A stretch of DNA of 64,000 bases from Magallana gigas. Lineage: Eukaryota. The notes beneath the pieces are model-generated. The model was not told the origin of the DNA, ran no database searches, and was given only the letters and a program-made list of their open reading frames with translations. Shown piece by piece: positions 12,790 to 25,069 of this stretch. Where the stretch lies: positions 28,892,001 through 28,956,000 of the forward strand of contig NC_088853.1 in the NCBI RefSeq assembly GCF_963853765.1. Reading direction: 5' to 3'. Position 1 is the first letter of the stretch; each line of letters starts with the position of its first letter. A program made the translations under genes and the position numbers.

Positions 12790-13250
12790 TAATATCATGA
12801 TTCCCATTTCTATTGTATTGAATCATATGATATAATATTTTATCATAGAATATGATATTGTAAAATATTATATGGTTCAATATGATATTTAATCAATAGT
12901 TTTTCGTATTAAATCATATGGTATTTTATATTGTATTATATATTTTGTATTTTTGTATCATATCAAATTGTTTTATCATATGATATTAAATCATATTAAA
13001 TAATATTGTAATCATATAATCTTGTTTGATGTGAAATTGTATTATATAATATTGTATCTTATGATAATGTTATATGATACAGTCTTGCATTATATGATAC
13101 ATTATCATTTTATATTATACAATATCATAAATATTATATAATGCAATATGATTTTGTATCATATATGTCTTATGATAATGTATCATGATTTTGTATCATA
13201 TGTCATGATAATGGATTATGAAGTTTTGTATTACAGTTCTACAATATCTT
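12790..13250. repeat. AT-rich low-complexity array of ATATCAT/ATGATAT/TTGTAT motifs
   Basis: Direct reading. Confidence 0.7.
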
Positions 13251-13459
13251 ATATTTTGACATAAGAGATCATTTAATATGTTCTGTCTCTTATTACAAGA
13301 TTAGCAAAAGAATTGCTTTAAATAAAATATATTTGATTTTTTATTCATCCTTACTATTTTCTTTGCGATTTACAGTTTCAGAACCCATTTGCAGCTGGGT
13401 AAACTGAGACAATGCAGATAAAGTGTCTTGTCTAATGACAGAACATGCAACCTTAAGTA

Positions 13460-13540
13460 CCCACAGTTGGTATCGAACCGGAGACCTTTTAGATACCAGC
13501 CAACAACTACATGTACTACCACTGAGCTACATTCTCCACA
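13460..13540 (-). mobile_element. tRNA-derived SINE head
   Basis: The reverse strand has an A box (TAGCTCAGTGG) and a B box (GGTTCGATACC) but no intact cloverleaf. Confidence 0.7.
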
Positions 13541-13793
13541 CTCCACCTTGAGTGCAGTTGCATAATAATTAATAATATTTAAGCATTACTTTCAGAAAAT
13601 AATTGACAGAATTTCTCAAATTTAGGGGACCTGGTTTTATGAATGTAATTAGATATCATAGTTATGATAGACTTGGGGGAACTGTAAGTTTTGTAAGATC
13701 ACAGAGAACTTTTTAAATTCAGCAACTACTGCTTGCATAACCATATAAAGGTAACTGAATAAACCAAAGATTGATTTTGTATATCTTAAAATA

Positions 13794-14008
13794 CTGTAGA
13801 ATCATTAGATTTTATGGTGGCTCAATTTTCGTGGAATTCGTCTTTCTTATCCACGAAATAACATCCTCCACAAATTGATAGATAAGGGTAATAAAGTCAG
13901 AATTCCTTCTGTAAATATATGAGAATACACGATATTACGTCCCCACGAACCTGTAATATTTAAGCCATCCACGAAAACTGGCCCCCACGAAATTTAATGA
14001 TTCCACTG
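13794..14008. mobile_element. MITE with ~28-bp imperfect TIRs and TA TSD (Tc1/mariner-type)
   Basis: Left CTGTAGAATCATTAGATTTTATGGTGGC versus right reverse complement CAGTGGAATCATTAAATTTCGTGGGGGC, with TA on both flanks. Confidence 0.8.
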
Positions 14009-14128
14009 TATAGTCTTGTGCATCGTAAAGTTTTAAAGAGTACGATGAAGTAATATATATTCCAATTTTAAATTGTAGGAATATGTCCCAGTTTTGTGAA
14101 ACTCAACAAATTAATGGACTTCAATCTC

Positions 14129-14390
14129 CTGGCCCTATTTTCTCGCATATATCAGACATTGGTTATGTACATAATAACATTTTCGACTTGCCTGACTAAA
14201 CACAAGCCTTTGTGACAAAGAACATTTTAAAATGTTGTCAGGCTCTTGGCAAGAGAGAGGATATCAGATTGCCTATAACTGCCCAAATCCTTAAGAAATT
14301 ACTTCTGCTTTAGAAATTAGAACGTACTGTTTCCAAGTAACCCCTCAGGCTTTTGCTCCATGCAGTTTTTCTTTTGGCTTTCAACTGCGT
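14129..14390 (+). pseudogene. DIRS/Ngaro tyrosine recombinase N-terminal fragment
   Basis: PGPIFSHISDIGYVH..LPD*TQAFVTKNILKCCQALGKREDIRLPITAQILKKLL; nearly the same sequence occurs at 17390-17635. Confidence 0.75.
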
Positions 14391-14400
14391 ATATTCTGTC

Positions 14401-14598
14401 TTGTAAATATATTACTGTTATACATATGTATTTACAGTGAAATTCTGACAATTTTTCTGTGTTTACTTTTTTTTTTTTACAATTCTCGATTTTTTTTATT
14501 TGTATGTGTTCCAAACCTTTATTATTCAATTCAATTATTTGTCCCATTTGAAATTAGCCTTGCGGGGGTATTACTCCCATTAGGGCAGTTCTAGTTCA
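14401..14598 (+). repeat. Dispersed repeat, inverted copy at 55262-55478
   Basis: Shares e.g. ATTCAATTCAATTATTTGTCCCATTTGAAATTAGCC with the reverse complement of 55262-55478. Confidence 0.85.
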
Positions 14599-15049
14599 TA
14601 TTTTATAGTAAGAAAGCACATGTCTTTGTAAATAATCAAATCTGCTGTGCTTAAAGACATCAATCAAACAAATCCTGACCAAACATTTAAATGATATGAT
14701 TTTTGTTTATATACACACTTTTTTGCTCCTTTATGTCATCAAAGCAAAACCTTGTGTAAGATTCTTATTCCAGCCATCTGCAAAAACTGGCATCACATTA
14801 CGGAAGCTTAAACACCTTCTGCAGCCAAAAATGAATGAAACAGGGTCTAACAAAAGAAAACAGCAGGAGAAGATGTACGAGTTGCAGGTACACATACAAT
14901 GTTCAACGGGTAAACTAGTTAGGTCTCCCAAACGAAGTAATCAAGTATCAACTCTTTGTGTCTGTAAAGTTTGACAAATGTGGGTCATTTTTACCCCGAA
15001 TGATGGCCTTTTTCATTTTGAAGACTTTATAATTGCCCTGATTATAAAT

Positions 15050-15880
15050 ACATCTTATTTAATTTATAAAATTGGGATATATTTTATTAACTGGAAAAAA
15101 GAGATGTTTGAAAACAAATTTAACATTAGTCATGTATGTACAATGCAATATAATAGCATTATAAGTGCCATTGCAAAGTTTTTAAGACTTTTTAGTTTCA
15201 CCAAAGAAATGTATTGTTATACTATTGGTCCAGTTATACCATTGTATTATGAGCCATTGTTCTTTTATAATAAGTGTACCAATATTATCTATAAAAATAT
15301 TAACAAAACTCCAGCTTCTGTTGTCAGATGGAACTCTGAAATGTCACTTAATGGTTATTTAGAAAAAAACACCAAAGATGTATTCAAAATATGTTTTAAT
15401 GTGACCAAAGATTCTGCTGCTCAATGGTTCCAGTATAGGATTTTACACAGAATTCTCCCAGTTAAAAATTATCTGAGGAAGATAAAAGCTACTGATAACG
15501 ATGATTGCACATTCTGTGGGAATTCTACTGAAACTATTGAGCATATTTCTGTTAGTTGTTCCCATTCATTAGCTATGTGGAATCAGTTTAGTATTCACAT
15601 TTATAATACTACTTCAGAAAGAGTTGATTTCAATATATCAAATGTCATTTTTGGAAATTGTCCTCTTCTAGATACAAATATGGTTGTGAATTTCCTTATT
15701 TTATATGGAAAACTATTCATGTTTTATTGTTCTAAACAAAACAAACTTCCATGTTTATCTGGTTTATTATGTTTCTTAAAAGTGAAATATGAAATTGAAA
15801 AATGTATATCTTATAAAAATTCTGAAATGAAAATATTTGACAAAAGATGGACTTTGTGGAGAAATATTTTTCAAGAGTAG
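15050..15880 (+). mobile_element. 5'-truncated L1/Tx1-clade LINE, ORF2 C-terminus (zf-RVT)
   Basis: QWFQYRILHRILP..CTFCGNSTETIEHISVSC..MWNQF..VNFLILYGK..YEIEKCI..FDKRW within ORF 14978-15880. Confidence 0.85.
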
Positions 15881-16164
15881 ACTCGTATACTTTTTTTTCA
15901 ATTTATATCAGTACGGTTTAAACCGTGGGAGAGTGACTCGTCACAACATGGCCTATCCCGCTCCGAATCGCTTCAAGATTTGTTTCATTGGACATTGATA
16001 TATTTCTCGTTAGGGACGATACTTGACGTCGCATCCTGACTTAATGAACTTTCGTTGATATCGTGAGCAGTACGATGTGATTATCCGGGACCGTGGTGTA
16101 TTAAGATTTGCAAGTTTGACAAATTCTAGGTATTTATTGACTTTTCGGGTGACACTATATAAAT

Positions 16165-16242
16165 AGTGCCTGTTTGGGAGAGTAACCGTTAATGGTTTTC
16201 GAGGGGTGTCAATTTCAACAGTTACCCTCTCAAACAGGCACT
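16165..16242. repeat. 26-bp-arm palindrome of a non-autonomous (probably Crypton-type) element
   Basis: AGTGCCTGTTTGGGAGAGTAACCGTT versus reverse complement AGTGCCTGTTTGAGAGGGTAACTGTT. The family assignment is from memory of oyster repeats. Confidence 0.65.
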
Positions 16243-17139
16243 TTTTATTTTATTATACTGAATGTCTTACTTTTTAAGAACTTTTACTGCTTTTATACAG
16301 AAATTAAGTGATTTCTGCGGTGAACCGTACGGGCATAATTTTCGCGCATGTAACAATTCGTTGTGTTACCTGTTGCTAAGTATGTTGCTAACGCAGAGGG
16401 TAATAGAACGGATTATCAACTGCGTCTAAACCAAGTATAATAAATGAAAGTATAATAAATGATTTTTTTTTGATTGGTAAAAAAGACGTTCTGTCGTTTA
16501 TTGTAGACACTATCGTGCGAGAAATTGTTGCTCTTGCATCGTGCATTTGTTCTGGTGTTGGAACAAGGACAGTGACAATCGGACAGATCTTTGGATTCAT
16601 CGTCGGATCTCAACAACAGAATTGTGGCCATTAATGTCAAATTAAGGACCCAGACTTCATCACCTGATAGGGTTGACTTCTGGCACAAGGTACAAGTTTC
16701 CATGCAATTTATGTAGGGGCATTTGCAATGAAACAAGTACACTTAGAACCCGGCACCTTATGTTTAAAAGTGTTTCTCCTCTGGTTATCACAGCAACACA
16801 ATTTGACCTTGGTGGAAATTATTTTATAATGACTCGTATTAAATTTACAATTGATTATATCTGGGATACTTAATCTGTATACTGTTATTTATTGACACAC
16901 AGGAAAAATTCAGATATTTTATGAACTGGCTGTGCAACCTATCATAATGTTTCCAAAAACCTCTTATGGTCAGAAAATTAAAAACAAATATATCATTTCC
17001 TTTTTAAGTTTTGACTTTTAGTTCAGATTAATCATGGCAACAAAGAGAGGACAGAAGTTTGCAACTAAGCAAAGTTCAGCAACACCAGGTCCTTCATCTG
17101 TGCAACAAGAGGATCAGGCGACAGATGTGTCTTCAGGCC

Positions 17140-17635
17140 TAGAAGCCCTTCTCGACAAAGTATTTACAGGAGGCTTTCCAGGTAGCACACAAACCAAAGT
17201 ACGAAACACTTTTGAGTAATTTGACACAAGTTTGCCAAAAACTCTTAGCATCTGCTTTGTCAAACTGATCTTCAATTGCATATCGGAGAAGTTGAAATCT
17301 ATTTCTGGCTTGGAAACTTCAACTTTCACTCCCAATTCCAGTAGTTGAAATATGCAACGTTATTGGCCATTTATTTATCGAAAATTATTCTCCCGGCCCT
17401 ATTTCATCGCATATATCAGCCATTTGTTATGTACATAATAAAACCTTCGACTTGCCTGACTAAACACAAGCCTTTGTGACAAAGAAAATTTTAAAACGTT
17501 GTCAAGCTCTTGGCAAGAGAGAGGATACCAGATTGCCTATAACTGCCCCAAATCCCTCAGAAATTAGGACGTACTGTTTCCAAGTACCCCCTCAGGCTTT
17601 TGCTCCGTGAAGTTTTTCTTTTGTCTTTCAACTTC
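17140..17635 (+). pseudogene. DIRS/Ngaro RNase H end plus YR N-terminus, degraded
   Basis: LTQVCQKLLASALSN*SSIAYRRS*NLFLAWKLQLSLPIPVVEICNVIGHLFIENYSPGPISSHISAICYVH..KREDTRLPIT. Confidence 0.75.
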
Positions 17636-17799
17636 GTGGACTCGGTCTCCTAGTCTCAACACTTGTATCCATCGAATGTTTCCTCCACACGGAATATGCA
17701 TTCGTTGTTATGTCTATTCCATCAAAAACTAATTTAAGCAAACTGTACCAAGAAAACGCAGGAAATAACATAAAATAACATTAAAGAAACTGAGTTTGA

Positions 17800-18025
17800 A
17801 AAAACATTCTTGAATGAGTTTGTGAAATAATAATTTCTAAAAACTCCGAAGAATGTCGGCTTTGTTTATGTTTACCATGTATCACAGATGAAAATAATAG
17901 ATGTGGTTATCAGAGCCAGTTTTGACAAACGAACGAAATGGGGTCCTGAGAAAAGATCAAAGTACTGAAGTACTGAAAGCCGGGCTCTTTTGGTGTGTCT
18001 TTATGCATATTGTGTAGTAAGACTG

Positions 18026-18083
<58 letters not shown>

Positions 18084-18745
18084 GCTTTTAATGTCGGCAA
18101 AGCATCAGAGAGCGACCAAATTTTGTAAGCGGCTATAAACAAAAAATATGTCTGTCTAGTAGAAGTTAAAAAGTTCAACAGTTGCTGCCTTGAATTTTGC
18201 AACAAGCATTATATATTGAATCCCCATTTCTTCATCGCGCAGCAAAGTAGTTCATGGAAATTCATGCGCATTGTATGTGTCCAAAATGCAAAGTAATGTT
18301 TTAAAAACACAGTGTTAATAAGAAAACTCAAACAGATAGACAATTCATTCGAAATTTAAAAAAAAAAGAAACAAAATGCCAACACTTTTTACAAAACGTG
18401 GCTCTTTGTGTAACTATTTGGTATAGCGGAAGCTTTACCTTGACGCTGTTTGGTTTTGTGTTTACTTGTGCTATTTATAGTAACATTGGCGATTTGCCTG
18501 CCTATAGCCAGGACTCTGCTTTCAGCAGAGCCCGGCTAAAAAGTACAAGCTTTTCTGGACAACGCTATTTCACACGGGAGTATTTATGGACTCAAGATTC
18601 AAATTTCGGAAAATAGAGCCATTGCAGGAAGATCTAAAACTAAGAGATGTCGTATGCCATGGCAGAGATATTTTAAAACTTGTGCGATTCTGGTACCACA
18701 ATCCGGAAAAAAATATTCCACACGTGAGATATCACTGGAAGGGAT
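17800..18745 (+). pseudogene. Cys-rich KolX/P2X7-ballast-like protein remnant, interrupted
   Basis: ECRLCLCLPCITDENNR near 17850. After an interruption, PAKKYKLFWTTLFHTGVFMD.RFKFRK..RDILKLVRFWYHNPEKNIPHVRYHW (18530-18745) resembles the R..P.CV..IR..FP.P..Y C-terminus. Confidence 0.5.
18030..18081 (+). repeat. (CT)n microsatellite
   Basis: Direct reading. Confidence 0.95.
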
Positions 18746-20309
18746 GTCAATAATTGCAGAAATAGTAAAATTTATTTATTTACATAAATAAAACAATTGT
18801 AAACATAAGTTATGCAAATAACGAGCAAATCGTAAACTATTCCGCCCGAGTGCTTTCATTCATAAGCATGATCAGGAAAACATATTTTGCGATTAGTGAC
18901 TAGGTACTGACGTTTCTCAAGTTTTTTTTATTGTAGAAATGTGTAATACTCTAAGTGTAAACAAACATCACGTGACTGTGTTATGTCTACGCTCTTTCTG
19001 TGAGACTCGCACGTAATTCGAATTGGCAACTTTATTGGGAATACCCGATATTCATCAAAGGTTGACATTCTAGGTCTGCATAGTGTTTCATATTTTGATT
19101 CATGTATTGGAGGCGGCTCAGTGCAAAATTCACGGGATCTTTACCAGTTTCTAAGTATATTACAGAGATACCGTTCCGCCTCCTTCATCGTGCACAGCAG
19201 ATGAAAGGGCCTGGATACAAATGATGACTGCACAGAACTAATGGTTTCTAGACTGGTGGCATTTCTAACTCATGTACGACAAACTTTCCAAATTCGACCA
19301 TAATCTAACAAATCACCCCCGGATGTCAACGAATTACATTAGTTATGAACTCTACAATTGTTTAAATACAGCTATTTAAACTCAATTGTGCTATTACAGA
19401 TATTCAGTACTGGAGATTGCGCGTGTTTATCAACAGCAAAGACAATATATTCTCCTCTGAACATGACAGGACAGGAAAAGTATTTTCGGAAATTTAAGGG
19501 GATCTCTTTGTATGACAGATAGGAAGTTGTTTAGCCATGTTGTCAGGTGCTTCTTTTCATGATATTCTTTTTGTTCTTTTGTTATCATTTATTGTATATA
19601 AGCTTTATGTTTGTTTATTTAGTTACTAACCTTTTATTCATATACTAGCATGTCTGAGCGTGGTTTTTTTTGTAGATAATTGATGCTTACCTTGGGATTA
19701 TTTGTAGTGTTAGTAAGCAATGGCCAATTAATTTAATATTTGTAATTTATTAATAATTAATTCACTGCAAGTGTATATGACAGAGATAGATTTGCGTAGT
19801 CATATTCGATTATGTTTTTATTTGCTTTTTTAGAGTTTTAATCTATTTTTTTTTTTTAAGCTAAGCAACAAATTCTTCTATGTGCCGTGCAGTGTGATAT
19901 CAATGATTTTTCATCCCCGGCATCAAAACGAAGTTGCAGATCTTTGTTACTCCTTTACATCTTATTTGTCTAATAGGTCATATGCTTCATTTCAAGTATA
20001 TTAAGGAAGTGTCAAAACTATTGTATTTATGAAAACATAACTAAAATTATATTCAAATTATATTATGTATTCCGATTTTGTAATAATTAGATTGTATAAT
20101 ATTTCAAAATTTGGATGACTGGATCATAGCTGATTCAAACAAAAGTTCAAACAAACTTTATATGTCAGCTACATGTATTGAAGGGCATGCCTCAACAATC
20201 CCGACAATTTTCTCATGAATACAAGTATTTAAAGTGATTGAATGTGTATATTTATATATGCATGTTAGTATGTGTGTGCTTATAAATATGTGATTTTTGT
20301 TACTTTCTA

Positions 20310-22064
20310 AGGTTATTGATCAACAGAACAAATCTCTGTTGATTATTGATCCAATGGGAGAGAACAAAACAACGTGCCAGCTAATTTTTAAACTGTGGAC
20401 GTAAGTAAGTATAAGACATTAATTGAATTGTAGAATAATGTGAATAACACATTTATGATTTAAAATAAAGGTTAAGTTAGAATTGTTTTTAAATTAATTT
20501 TTTTAACCTAATTACTTGACACATAGAGAACATGATGCAGAAGGGTGAAAAATAGATACTATCCACCACTCCAAGCAACAGGACAGTGATTCTTGTGGAG
20601 TTTATTGCAAGGAGGTAAAACATTGTTAACTTTAAGGCCAAATATCAGATTGTAAATTCTTCGTCTCTACTCTAATTTTTAAACTGTGGACGTAAGTAAG
20701 CATTGGACATTTATTGAATTGTAGAATGATGTGAGTAGAATGATGTGAATAACACATTTAAGATTTAAAAATAAAGATTTATGCATTTAATAAAGTTGTT
20801 CTTTTCTTAAGTTTGCAGAAGCAGTTGTTTTGAAAACGTCACTACATCTTCCGAAGGACACTGTGCAGGAAATGAGATGCAACATTATGAAGACCATCAT
20901 AAATAATCAAGGTACAGTGCATTGTTTAGTTAAGAAAACTGAAATGTTAAGAAAGTAGTCATATTACAGAATCATTAGTTAAAAAGTAAAACATGTAATA
21001 TATACATATGCATTCAAATTATCTCAATGGATATGATTTAAATAACTTTAAATAATCTCCTTTATTGAAACATATTTATATTTCTACATGTGTACATTAC
21101 AGTTGCTTTACAATATATTTTTGTGATAGTTTAATTGATGTGTTGAAATTATTCAAATGTTATGCTGTAATATATGTGCTAGAGTTTAACCTGTATATGT
21201 GGAGGTTAAATTATTAAGATTGGCACAATTTGAGAGGAAGACAACTGGATCACTGGATCTTGATCATTGCTGAAATATTTCTTTTTTCCTCCATCAAGGA
21301 GGAACTGCAATTTATATATCTTCTCTCAAATAATTGAAAGAATTGAAGATTAATCATGTTTATGACAGAAAATAGTGCGTGTTATTGGTTTCACTGACAA
21401 TGATGCAATGTTTAAAGTGCAAAGAAAGTTCTAACTTGAGAATTACGAATTTTCAACATTGTCAATTAACACTTATAGAGTAAAATATAAAATTTTAAAT
21501 GTAATGGTAATAATGTTTCAAAATAACTAATAACTCCTAGAAAGAAAATTGCATTATTTGAGAGATTTATATTTTGTAGATGAGGACACTAGCAATTTAT
21601 GCAGACGTTGCTACAGACATGAACCCCCAAATATCAAAGTAAAAAGCATCAAGTGGGTGAGTAAACGTTTCATTTATAATAATTACAAAACAAATATTCA
21701 ATATTTCTTCAGGGAATAAAATATATATAATTGTACTGTCTGCATTTAAATATTTCAAGGAGAAATCTGTATTATAAGAATGATTTACTTAAGCTTCTAT
21801 TGGTCTGATCGGCCAAAAACTTATGATTTTTATTCATTCTACAAGAGATTATTTTATTTTAAATCATGTACGTATCTTTTAAAGCTTGCTTTTTTTTCTT
21901 TTAATTTTTTCTTATTACGATCTACTGTAAACATTTTGCTTTATTTACAGGTTCAATGTGATGGATGTGCCATTTCTTGGTATCACGTTGTGTGTTTGAA
22001 TATAAAACAAGTCAGAGAATCAACTTTGTTTTGTGCGATATTTGCAAAAGGTCTGAGTAGTTAA
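20310..22064 (+). pseudogene. Ulp1/SENP (C48) protease C-terminus plus PHD finger, copy 1
   Basis: GT-AG exons give VIDQQNKSLLIIDPMGENK, then IDTIHHSKQQDSDSCGVYCK, FAEAVVLK..EMRCNIMKTII, DEDTSNLCRRC..IKW and VQCDGCAISWYHVVCLNI. There is an in-frame stop. Confidence 0.75.
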
Positions 22065-22739
22065 TGTAAATGTCAATTACAGATATGTGTATAACTTTTC
22101 TGCTATGATTATTCATATTTTCCTATGCAAGTTTTTATCTATTAATTAATTTTTTTAAGCTAAGCAACAAATTTGTCTATGTGCCGTGCAGTGTGATGTC
22201 AATGATTTTTCATCCCCGGCATCAAAACGATGTTGCAGATGTATGTTACTCGTTTACATCTTATTTGTCTAATAGGTCATATGCCTTATTTCAAATATAT
22301 TAAGGAATTGTCAAAACTATTGTATTTATGAAAACATAACTGAAATTAAATTCATATTATATAAAATATTCCGATTTTGTAATAATTAGATTGTATATTT
22401 CAAAATTTATGGCATGTGATTTTTTTGGGTCCTTAATAAGAACAAGAAAAAGTGTTGCTTGCCATTGTTAATAGGAAAGAAATCCACTTCATTTTGTTGG
22501 TGAACTGATTCTTACATATCAAGTGAATTTAATCTTTTTGGCTATGACTGGATCATAGCTGATTCAAACAAAATTTCAAACAAAATGTATATGTCAGCTA
22601 CATGTATTAAAGGGCATGCCTCAACAATCCAGACAATTTTCTCAGGAATACAAGTATTTAATGTGATTGAATGTGTTTAATTATATATACATGTTAGTAT
22701 GTGTGTGCTTATAAATATGTGATCTTTGTTACTTTGGAA

Positions 22740-24010
22740 TGTTATTGATCAACAGAACAAATCTCTGTTGATTATTGATCCAATGGGAGAGAACAAACCA
22801 ACGTGCCCGCTAATTTTTAAACTGTGGACGTAAGTAAGCATTGGACATTTATTGAATTGTAGAATGATGTGAATAACACATTTAAGATTTAAAAATAAAG
22901 ATTTATGCATTTAATAAAGTTGTTCTTTTCTTAAGTTTGCAGAAGCAGTTGTTTTGAAAACGTCACTACATCTTCCGAAGGACACTGTGCAGGAAATGAG
23001 ATGCAACATTATGAAGACCATCATTAATAAACAAGGTACAGTGCATTGTTTAGTTAAGAAAAGAGAACTGAAATGTTAAGAAAGTAGCCATATTACAAAA
23101 TCGTCAGTTTAAAAGTAAAACCGTAACTCTGCATATGCTAGGGTTTAATCTGTATATGTGGAAGTTAAATTATTAAGATTTGCACAATTTGTGAGGAAGA
23201 CACCTGGGTCACTGAACCTTGATCATTTCTGAAATATTTCCTTTTTCCTCCATCAAGGAGGAGCTGCAATTTATATATCTTCTCTCACATGATTGAAAGA
23301 ATTGAGGATTTATCATGTTTATGACAGAAAAAACTGCTTGTTACTGATTTCACTGACAATGATGCAATGTTTAAAGTGCAAAGAAAGTTCTAACTTGAGA
23401 ATTATGAATTTTCAGCATTGTCAATTAACACTTGTAGAGTAAAATATGAAATGTTAAATGTGATGGTAATTATGTTTGAAAATAATTAATTACTCCTAGA
23501 AAGAAAATTGCATTATTTGAGATTTATATTTTGTAGATGAGGACACTAGCAATTTATGCAGACGTTGCTACAATCATGAACCTCTAAACACCAAAGTGAA
23601 AAGCATCAAGTGGGTGAGTAAACGTTTCATTTATAATAATTAAAACAAATATTCAATATTTCTTCAGGGGAAAAATATATATCATTTTACTGTCTGAATT
23701 CAAATGATTAAGTTTCATTTCAAGGAGAAATCTGTATTATTAGAGTGACTATCGGCCAAAAAATAAAATAATTTTTATTCATTCTACAAGAGATTATTTT
23801 ATTTTAAATAATGTACGTATCTTTTAAAGCTTGTTTTTTTATCTTTTAAATTCTTCTTATTAAGATGTACTGTAAACATTTTGCTTTATTTACAGGTTCA
23901 ATGTGATGGATGTGCCATTTCTTGGTATCACGCTGTGTGTTTGAATTTAAAACAAGTCAGAGAATCAACTTTGTTTTGTGTGATGTTTGCAAAATTTCTG
24001 AGGAGTTGAT
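22740..24010 (+). pseudogene. Ulp1 plus PHD copy 2, lacking the catalytic-Cys exon
   Basis: Same exons as copy 1 except that the QQDSDSCG exon (20527-20614 in copy 1) is absent. Confidence 0.75.
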
Positions 24011-24650
24011 GTAATATCAATTACAGATATGTGTATAACTTTTCTGCTATGATTATTCATATTTTCCTGTGCAAGGGTAAAATAGAATGCGTTAATTTGC
24101 TGCTCCACATGGGTCGCTCCACATGCATGTAGATTAGTTTTTGTCTGTGTATATTTTTATACATTGTACTTTCCTGAGTGAGTGTAAAGTCAACGCATGT
24201 TCAGTCTTAAACAGTTAAACAGTAGTATATAAACCGTTGACAGATCCTCTTAAACACTATCATTTCAACTGTGTAGTGGATATATTTTCGGAAGGTATCG
24301 GGCATCATCTTCGTTATTGTAAGAGGTTGTTCCGATATAAGCTAGGCACAATCATGTTTCAGGATGCTGACCAACATAAATGAAGTGGGGGTAAGGAAGC
24401 TTTCGTAAAACAGAAATAGAAATAGGTAATGCTTGTGATCAATGATTATTATCTTGTATTTCAAATTTGTAAAATTCGCCAAATTTTATTTTGCAGCTCA
24501 GTAATTTGCAGTTCAGTCGTTATTATCTACTATTTTTTATACGTGTAGCATGGTGTATTGGCCAGACATTATATTACCTCCATATATTACCTCCACCAAA
24601 CTGCTTAAAAATACAAACTAAAAGGAATTGGTTTTGGTGTTTTATATGAA

Positions 24651-24720
24651 TGGCTGGCTGGCTGGGGCTAGACAGATCGATGGATGAAATAAATGATAGA
24701 TAGATAGATAGATAGATAGA
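24651..24720 (+). repeat. (TGGC)n and (GATA)n microsatellites
   Basis: Direct reading. Confidence 0.9.
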
Positions 24721-25069
24721 ATAACCAACAACACATGCAATTGAATTTGTCAAATTTTGCTACAGCCTCTTACAGTCTCTTCGTCGGGACTATATACGTA
24801 AATTTGATAATATGAATAAAAATAAACACACGCAAACTAAAATACATATAAGGGCACCAAACGACAGAAAACTCAAAAGCAAATAGCTTCTACATCATGA
24901 TGAATTTTAATTTTATACATGTATTACAAAGTTGCATGTTCTGTGCTGACAAACTTATTGGTTGACTGAAATTCATGTACAGTGTATGTTGTGTCAACTT
25001 TACACCTGATTTGAATGCAATTTAGACAATTTAATTGTAATAAAAGTCATGAATTCATTCTAACTTTTA

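Larger units (their letters stand above)
19835..24075 (+). repeat. Tandem segmental duplication (copy 1 ~19835-22131; copy 2 ~22132-24075)
   Basis: AAGCTAAGCAACAAAT at 19858 and 22157. Introns and exons are collinear, and both copies end ATTTTCCT(A/G)TGCAAG. Confidence 0.92.

Noticed and set aside
13460-13540. Functional tRNA gene (also 60050-60115 and 62007-62073)
   Set aside because: No acceptor stem, and the D or anticodon arms are disrupted; these are SINE-like heads.
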